Origin: Lingula anatina
Taxonomy: Eukaryota > Animalia > Brachiopoda
Direction of reading: 5' to 3'
Assembly (NCBI GenBank): GCA_051362555.1
Contig: CM120641.1
Location: 4,092,001 to 4,156,000, forward strand
DNA: 64,000 nt
Part shown: positions 55,453 through 64,000 of the stretch, piece after piece
Numbering within the stretch: the stretch's first letter is position 1
Layout of the letters: the number at the start of each line of letters is the position of its first letter
Notes under the pieces: model-generated
Databases searched by the model: none
What the model was told of the DNA's origin: nothing
Seen by the model: only the letters and a program-made list of their open reading frames with translations
Program-made: the position numbers and the translations under genes

Positions 55453-57002
55453 TCTAAGTTAATGAAGAAAAATAAGTCAATTAATGAAATATTTACTCCA
55501 TGACACATGCTCACATCTGCGACTCACAGTCGTCTCCTTTGCTGCACGACATCCGACATCTTTAAACACTTGATTCCTGTAACAAACTCTCATATTTACA
55601 AGAAGTCTGATATTTTTTAACATTTCTTCTCGAAATGATTTATCTTCTTGGATCATGATAGAACTTAAAGAACGCGGCTAAAGGGTCTATTGTGTTCTCA
55701 TGTTACTGATGTACCATATTAATTTAAAACAATTTTTACAATATCATTCAGATTAAAGAAAAATAAAACTAGTAAACATTCTTAGCTCTTGGACGATCAT
55801 TTTATATCTGCTGAAACGTGCAAATATAATTTAACAATAAAACGTCTGATTTTAAGTTAACCAAATTCTACTTGTCTGTGTAGACAGCTTGAAAACAAAA
55901 AGTACAAACAAAGATTTCGAAAATGTTAACCGTTTCAGCGCCGTTTCATGTTTAAAGGTGAGTTTTAGACAAGAAGGCTTACTTATATCGATTTATTGCT
56001 GCCAAAACGACAAAATACCCATACCACCATAAAGTTTTAAATATCATAACTTGGAGAAATACCACACGGTGGCTACATTATTTCCCGAAAAAAGTATTTT
56101 AATTTTAATTATTTATTTATTTTATTGGAGTGTGGATTCTGTTTGTGCTGTGTAAAAAACTGGTACCAATGTATCTTTAATTAATACCGAAATATTGAGT
56201 TAAAATATGGTTGCGAAACTGCCCGGACATGGTCACAGCCGACTGGCCAGCACCTCTCCGTCTCTGAGTCACAGCCGTGCTAGGCACGAGGTGCGTGATT
56301 ACGCTGCACTTGCGATTATTACGTCACAGCAATTTGTGTTGATTACATCACAGCAAGTTCTAATGACCACAAGAAGTCCAAACTGTGATGGCATCCTTTT
56401 CTTGATGAGAACATAGTCAATGCTAAAGGACAAAATAACATCCATTCAAAAATTATTGCGTTCAAACACAATGTTTATTCACACGTTTCACTTTTTTCAA
56501 TCTTACAACAAATTTCAAATTCATCGCCAAAATAACAGATCTTGTATCAAAATAAAAGAGAAAAGAAAGTTATATAATAAAAATCTAATAAAAACAGTAA
56601 AATTCATGAATAATAATTCAGCATTAGTATAGCATGAAAAACTTAATCAATTATAAGCATTACATACTACTAGGGTACACTGTACCAGTAATCTTTAAGT
56701 TCTCTACGGCGACGCACCATTGTTTCAAATATTGTAGACATGCCCTCAGTCTTAGAACTTTATGATTGTCAACTACCTCTAAATCATGACATGATCATTA
56801 AAGTGATACTAGTACCTTTGTACAGTATGTAGCAAACAACTGATGATTTATGATTAAAATGATTTTCTAAAACATGATTTAATGTAAATTCAACAAAAAT
56901 GATATAAGCCGTTGAGGGTTTTACATGTTGATGTAGTGAGTGTAGGTGAGTTTGGGTGGGGATGAATAATAAATAAAATGTCCATTTATATTGTGTCTGG
57001 TG

Positions 57003-57004
<2 letters not shown>

Positions 57005-57063
<59 letters not shown>
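57005..57063. repeat. (TA)n microsatellite
   Basis: Seen directly. Confidence 0.95.
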
Positions 57064-57067
<4 letters not shown>

Positions 57068-58760
57068 ATTAATTGTTTGGCATAATAGTATAATAAGGAC
57101 ACATATACCAGTATAGTCACTGGAAAAAAGACATTTGATTGGTGAATTAAAATAGCATTGGTACAATGAAAAGGTAACATCCTTGGGAGATTTCAGTTAC
57201 ACATCAAGGCCACACCTTTTTAAAGTTACCTAAATGTTCTCACAGATCTAGAATTTGATGTAATATCATGCATTTAATACAGGACATCAATATCAAAGAA
57301 ACTGAGATGAGATGGGGATGGGGGAGGGTTGAAGAAAACATGGCTTCCTCCTACACCACAAAACCTATCTGCATGCTTCATTCCTAAACAAAAGGTGACC
57401 TCAAAATAAGACACAGGTTGTCACTTAATGGACACCGTTCCTCACACAAATATTTCCTAAATCTCTTAATGATCGATGACTTAAATTAACTGTTAAGAAA
57501 TGTTAAGTCTGTGCTGACACTATCGAGGTTGTTATCAGGTGAGGGTCCGCGCTGTGGTTGGGGCCTGATAACCATGACGACAAGTTATTTGACCCTGCCA
57601 CACTGTCTGTGCAGGAATAACAAGGTGGGATGGGCCTACCACTTAACCTGTCACCACAGGGCCAGCCAGCTGAAGCTACAACTTCATACACACATGGTGC
57701 ACTATTTTGAACAGATTTTTCCTCACTCTTTTATCTATCAGAATTATACCCACACTCTAGTTCCAATTACCCATCTTTTAAAAGTTTTACTATTTACTTT
57801 TTTCACCAGTGAAGAATTTAAGACTTCATTTTGAAGAGGCACTGATTGAGAAGTTTTTTTTTCTCATTTTGCAAAATAAAAAAAAGTATTCCTCTCTCTC
57901 TCTCTCTCTCTTGAATCCTTACAGCTTAAAATATCTGGACACAACATCACTAGTATATTTCAACATGGGCAGATTGTGTTATGAAAGTTGACTGCATTCA
58001 ATTGAAATAAAATTGATTGACACCTTGTCTTGCTTCTACTACATGGACATGAAAAGTTTCAGAAAGCTCCACCTTCAGCCAAGTTAACTTACTGGAACTG
58101 AATTTTTATTTGGGACCTCAATGACGTGTATGACTGAGACCCATTTATCTCATTCTATACAGCCACTGTTGGATCAGACTTTTCACTACTGGTCAAAAAA
58201 GGGTTTGTGCGAATATGACCAAAATCCCCGATATGATGGACAGGAAGATGTCTCCATCCAACCCTTCAACCCCCTCCAGCCACACAGCACAGACAGCCAT
58301 TATTACAAACTGAAATGTGGTAATTTATGGAGGATATGGCAGCGAGCAATGTTCTCCTTGGTTGGGTCACTTAAGACTTGCAAACTGTGTAATTTTTTCC
58401 TGTCTTTTTCACTGGCTTGCCCACTGACAGACACCTGTCTGGGATGAAATGGTCCCAGACCCCTGAAGGAGAATACATGTGACACACAGACGTGAAGACA
58501 TATATTTTGTATGGACAATCAAGAATAATCACACTGAGATAATATGGTGAGCTGACCCTTGACCTGTGTATGCATCACAACATATTTGATGAGGTCAGTT
58601 TTTGTGTGCCTTTTACAGAAAGCAGTAAGGTGAACATGCCCACATACCTGTGGATTTTCTTTTCTTATTGAGCAAAATTTCATTATTGTTTTCAATACTT
58701 GGCAATTTCATAACATCACCTAGGAATTCAGAGCGCTGTTTATGTTATGCATGCTGATTG

Positions 58761-61700
58761 TCAATAGCTCTCTGTGAGAAATGTTTCAGATTTTGCTCCC
58801 ACCCTAAGCAAGCGCATGTGCTCACGCTCATGTTCGTTGAGGTTATGTTTGTCCTCCCGCATGGTTTGTCTGTGTTTCTGTAGCTGTATGTAACTCTCTT
58901 CTCTCCTGGCATGCACCTGGTAAAATAGAACAATGAATCCATAGAGAAGAAGTGACAGATATATTTATGAAGCCTACTTTTCAAAAAAAAAGTTTTCTTT
59001 TAACACTTAATGAAGCTATCACTATAATGTGTAAGTCTTCCGCAAGTCCTAAATCATTCCTACTGTTATACATACATAAATGAATAAAAGATAAAATAAT
59101 CATTTTTCCTGTATGTTTTTTCATGTAAAAGAATCTAATGTGGTGTAAAAATGTCTATTATCATTGCTGATGGTTGTAGTTGTCAGATATTGCATATCAA
59201 CATACATGTAAGTGGGGTACGCAAGTTATAAATGAGATGTCTTAATAATTTTTTTCTGAAATGAAAGAACTACGATGGACAAGATATCTGTTTCTGTTGC
59301 ACAATATTCAGATTTGGTTAGCATTAAATAATAAATGTATGTATATTCCTAAATATTCAAGATATTTTTTTATTCCAACAAGATTGTACATGACACATGT
59401 TTTATGTTAAACATATCCCATAAGTTTGTTCAACACACCTTGATTTCAGTTCTTCCAAATATTTTAAAAATTTTGAGTCAAAATAGAACCTGGCCCCAGG
59501 CTGGTTACGTGTATATTGTAGGTGACAGACCATTTTAAGACACTCTCCAAGCAGAGAGATTTAGGACAGCGGCAGCTTTCTTCCATAAGCTGCAGAAGAA
59601 CTCTACACACAATGTCACCTTTGTCTACATGTCCGGTCACAGAAATCCTATTATCACTCTGAATGAATTATTCTATCCTGTATTACTACAGCAGTTTAAA
59701 GAACCTACGGAAAGAAAGTCTACTGGGTTCTTCTTAAGCCTGATTATCAAAGTTATGCAATGTATGCAAGTGCTTATCCCATCTCCTCGTGAAGTGTTAT
59801 GCAAACCTTGTTCTTCATTTTCAAAAGCAAGCAAAAGTAACATACAGCACAGGTTAAGTTAAAGCAGCTAACTTTTTATCTCATTTTCTAAGATCCCAAA
59901 ATATGCAATCCTGGATCAAAGCAGGGTTGTGCCATTAAGTCAGGTGTAAACAGACCTTTTGACAGCCTCCACTACACTGTCACCACGGTCAACTGTAAAC
60001 AGTTTCCAAATACCTACTGATGAGGGGGAAAACGGCTTTTGTCTACAGTGTTTGCACACTTCCCATCCATTCTACAAGCCCAATGGTATAATTTGTGTGT
60101 AGTTCTCTTAATTTATAATTACTATAATCCATTCCTTTTAAAGTTCATTTCACACTGAAATTTATTAACAGGGCCATTTATTACCCAGATTACCATTGAA
60201 AAGACGGCATAGCGCTGGTTAGAATAGCAAACATCAATTGAGAATTAATGTTTCAATAAATTACTAAAGTGGGCACTAAACGGGCAATCGCTAATGATAG
60301 AATCTACACAATTCCAGCTATCTTGTGGCTTAGGTCTGCTAGGTGGAGCACAGAAAAACAGCTGCCACAAACTGATAGTTTATGCATACCTGCGTCTGTG
60401 TGGAAAGGTCTGAGATAATGCAAGGTTCAGGGGCTTTTTCAATGGAGTCTCTTGCACAAGATTTGAGGAAATCTCTCCCTCGATCTCTTTGTCCAATCCC
60501 CCTCTTTTTCTTTATCTGAATTTATTTTCCTGGTTTGACTTTATTTTGAAACTATCTAGAGTTTCCAGAGTTGACAGAGTTTCCCAAAGTATAAATAGGA
60601 TCTCTTGTTCTTTCTCACTTCATATTCAAATTACATGTTTTCACAAAAGCTATTTTTCAAATTTAAATCAAAGTCACCTGATCAATAAACATTTTCTTAA
60701 AGGGATAATTACTCTTCGTTTCGTCCAAAAAATGAATTTTCCTGGAGAAAACAACAATTTCCCAATACTTACCAATGGTTAATGAATCCATTTTTACATT
60801 CAAAGTTAGTCCCAGTTTTTTGTTTTTTTTTTTGTTTTTTGTTTTTTGTTTTTTTTTCTAAAAAGTTTTTTGTTAAACTCTCTTAAGAGATTTTAACAGA
60901 GTATAGCCATCAATGGAGGTCACGTGGTCTAAAGACAAGCTCAGATATCAGAATAATAGCTAGAACTGCCGTTTTTGTGGTAAAACAGAATATATTATAT
61001 TTCTAATAGTTATTCACAATGTTTTTATTGTGAAATATAGATTTCATACGAAGAGTTATTATCCCTTTAAATTAAATACAGGGCTTATTATTATTATCAT
61101 TATCAATTTTCTATCAAACCATCCAGAAAATGCAACAAAATACAACTAACAAATGGTACAGGCCACCCTTCCCTTCAGGACTAGCTTCAAGCACTGATGC
61201 AGCTTCTACATGTACATGTATCTGTTGATGATAAGCTGTAAATGATAACTCTGAAAGATAGAGGCACTAGTCAAAAATTCATTTGAACCCCCGACCCTCC
61301 CTGGCTATGGGCCTTATATGATACTGAAAATATTATCAGACCAACATTCATTTTCCCAGAGTTATGAAATATCACCAATGTCAGTCTGTTGCAGTTATCT
61401 ATATAACCTTATTGGTAAAATTAGTCTATGTTTGTCACTCAGAGAAAGGAACAAGCTAATTGTATTACCTTGTGCAGAGACTAGACAAGTGATACAATCC
61501 CTTTTCACACGATATGCAACTAAAATCATTTTAATTTGTACCTGAAAATTTCATCAAACAAAAAATAACAATCTTGGGATCTGTTTTGGAGGGTATTTTT
61601 TCAAATGAATTATGGCCCATGATCACAAAGGAGTTTGACAAGGGGCATTCAAATGATCGAGGAAGAATCAAGTCAGTGAAATAGCACATAATCAGCAAGA

Positions 61701-64000
61701 TACTCTGCGTGTGAGTTCTCTGCAATAAAACTTCAACATAACTTGTGTGTGATGGGAATTATCATCATAAAATGATGCCTTACAAAAAGACTGTCCAGAT
61801 TATAAGAAGCCATTTATTTGAACAGGTATCCCCATTGATCATTCTGTAGGAGGAACGGCTGTCACAGAGAAAAGCTGTGCCAGAGATTACTTACAAAGGC
61901 CTGACTGACAGACCATACTGACACCTTACTCCTGGCATAAGAAAAGCTGGGAATATTAGTAGGGCTAACTTACACAAACTGACTCTGGATTTCAGTAAAG
62001 GTGAGAAGGATAATTTCAAACCCCTTTCAGTTTATCTTACCTCACGTGAACTTAAGATAGATTAAATCACTGCGTTAAAAACTATTTGTAAATAAATTAT
62101 TTACAGAGCATTTTAATATTGTTGTGGGTAGAAGGCGGTATACTTCCCTTCCCCCTCCTGTCTCACACTGGATCTGTAGGAAACCACTTATCTAAATCTT
62201 TACCTCAGTATCACCTTTAAATAACACTGGAATGCAGTTAAGTATTTATTTTATTGTCTTCTAGTGACAGCGGTGACTGGGCATTTATTATGCATCTTGT
62301 AAAAATGCCAAGGAGCCGTTACTGGGGACCCATACGGCCCTGATAAATAGCTTATTAAATTGCTGGTCATTTTACTTTGAACACACCCATGGCCAGCTGA
62401 ATATGGGCAGCTTTTGAGCTGATTTTCTTGTTTTTTCTTTTTCTTTACCTTTTTTTCTAACACAATTATGGAGATGTCAATATTAATTTTTCTTAAGAAG
62501 TCTTTAAACAGCAGTGAGTCATTATCAATGTTTATAAATACCATAGTTCCATTGCAGATATTTTCATAAAGTTTCTTTTTATCTATTTATTTTATTTATT
62601 TATTTTTTTTTTGTTTTGTTTTGTTTATGAATTATATATCCGGAACTATAAAAAGGCTTTATCGCTACAGATTTCCACCCAAACAATAAGCATTGAATAT
62701 CCTCATAGGTATTGTAACACAGAAAGAATTTATGAAACTATTTAGTACTTTGGCCTACAGGCATTGTTTCGACCCCCACCCAATTATTGCCAATTATGAC
62801 TGAAATGATTTGTGCCAGTCTTCGGGTCTACACTGACCTTTCATCAGAATTTGTAGGTATAAAATAACTTTTTGTTCAAACTTCCAAATAATTTTGTTAC
62901 TGTTTTAAGGTCTCGTCTAACCTTTAATCAAAAGCCACGTGAATGATATGAATATCTTTGCTTAATTGCATTAACCTTCCCTTCAAATTTGTTACAATTT
63001 GTAAAACTTGTATCTCAGATAAATACTAAAATTTAAAAAGTCTGATGATATATTAATCTCACTTTAAAGAATTCAAAGTGACCAGAAAAGGGCAGAAGAG
63101 ACATAATCGGGGTCAAACTTTCTTCAATATATGAAACAATCATATAGGTAAATTATACAAAACTTTAACATAAAAAAGGCCTATATTGTATGCTCTAAGG
63201 ACTGCAGTGCATGTGAATTCTTGCATGTTTTTTGTTCTGTGACAAATTTTTTACAGGATCTCAGCTGAAGGTGACAAATTGTAAGTCACACATGCAGGTG
63301 TTGTTGACAATGTGTCTGCTGCTACTGAACACTGGAACACAGGTGGTGGTCTGCATGGAACAGGAAACTTCAAGGATGACTTTTAAATCAAAGGTCAAAA
63401 GTGTGTGTGTATGTGTGTGTGTGTGTGTGTGGGGGGGGGGTGTATGTGTTTTCATATGCTTGCACACCTGCATGTGTGAGTGCATAATTATATGTTTTTG
63501 TCCTAGGTACATCTGTGGGGAAAAATGGGAAATCAAATAAAATTACATATTTTTGGTGTAGTAGTGTCTTTACCTTTTTTGCAATTCATTATTTCCTTTT
63601 ATTTCATTCACATAAATATGTTTCATTTTTGAAATTCAAAACTAAACTCACTTGTGACAAAGAAGCTTTAAAATCACAAAAATAGAAATAAAAAGTAAAC
63701 AAAAAAAAAAAAAGAAAAGAAAAAACTGTCACTGAATTCTTTACCTTATCCAGTGCTGCCTTCTCCCTGACCAGTTCCTGCTGTAACTCCTCCTCCAGTT
63801 TCTGAATGGTCACCATCTCTTCTTTTAGTTTCACAGCATTCTTCCTCTTAGCTTCCAGAAGCTTGTTCTGTAGTCTGCGCACCGTTTGTTCCTGTTTCTG
63901 CCTGGCATACTCTGCCTCTCGTACTTTATTGTATAAGCTGTGCTCATACTCTTCTGCTTTAGTTACTGTTTTCTGTAAGTCAAGTGTAGGATTTTTCATT
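58761..64000 (-). CDS. 3' part of an unidentified coiled-coil protein gene (continues beyond the window)
   Basis: Exon 63745->64000 encodes an E/K/Q/R-rich heptad sequence and ends at a phase-0 donor (AAG|GTAAAG). Probable last exon 58761-58916 follows TTTTACCAG and reads VHARREESYIQLQKHRQTMREDKHNLNEHEREHMRLLRVGAKSETFLTESY*. Intervening exons are not excluded. Confidence 0.7.

Overview
AT-rich, intron-rich metazoan genomic DNA. The gene set (ALKBH5, a single BMP3/GDF10, a U12-type intron) suggests a lophotrochozoan or invertebrate deuterostome; this is an inference. Five complete spliced genes could be built by hand with consistent intron phases: DRG2 (-, 14 exons, 367 aa, one U12-type intron), COX11 (+, 5 coding exons, 305 aa, head-to-head with DRG2), fascin (-, 4 exons, 499 aa), ALKBH5 (+, 3 exons, 376 aa) and BMP3/GDF10 (-, 3 exons, 487 aa). 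The 3' end of an unidentified coiled-coil gene (-) enters from the right edge. Non-autonomous DNA transposons are present with 3-, 5-, 6-, 8- and 9-bp target-site duplications, several of them near-complete palindromes. The most unusual features are (i) a four-copy tandem array of the DRG2 exon-4 3' end plus its splice donor, spaced 51/51/48 nt with an in-frame stop behind the real donor, (ii) uORFs, one overlapping the start, in front of ALKBH5, and (iii) opposed poly(A) signals between COX11 and fascin. No prokaryote-type systems, CRISPR, tRNA or rRNA were seen.
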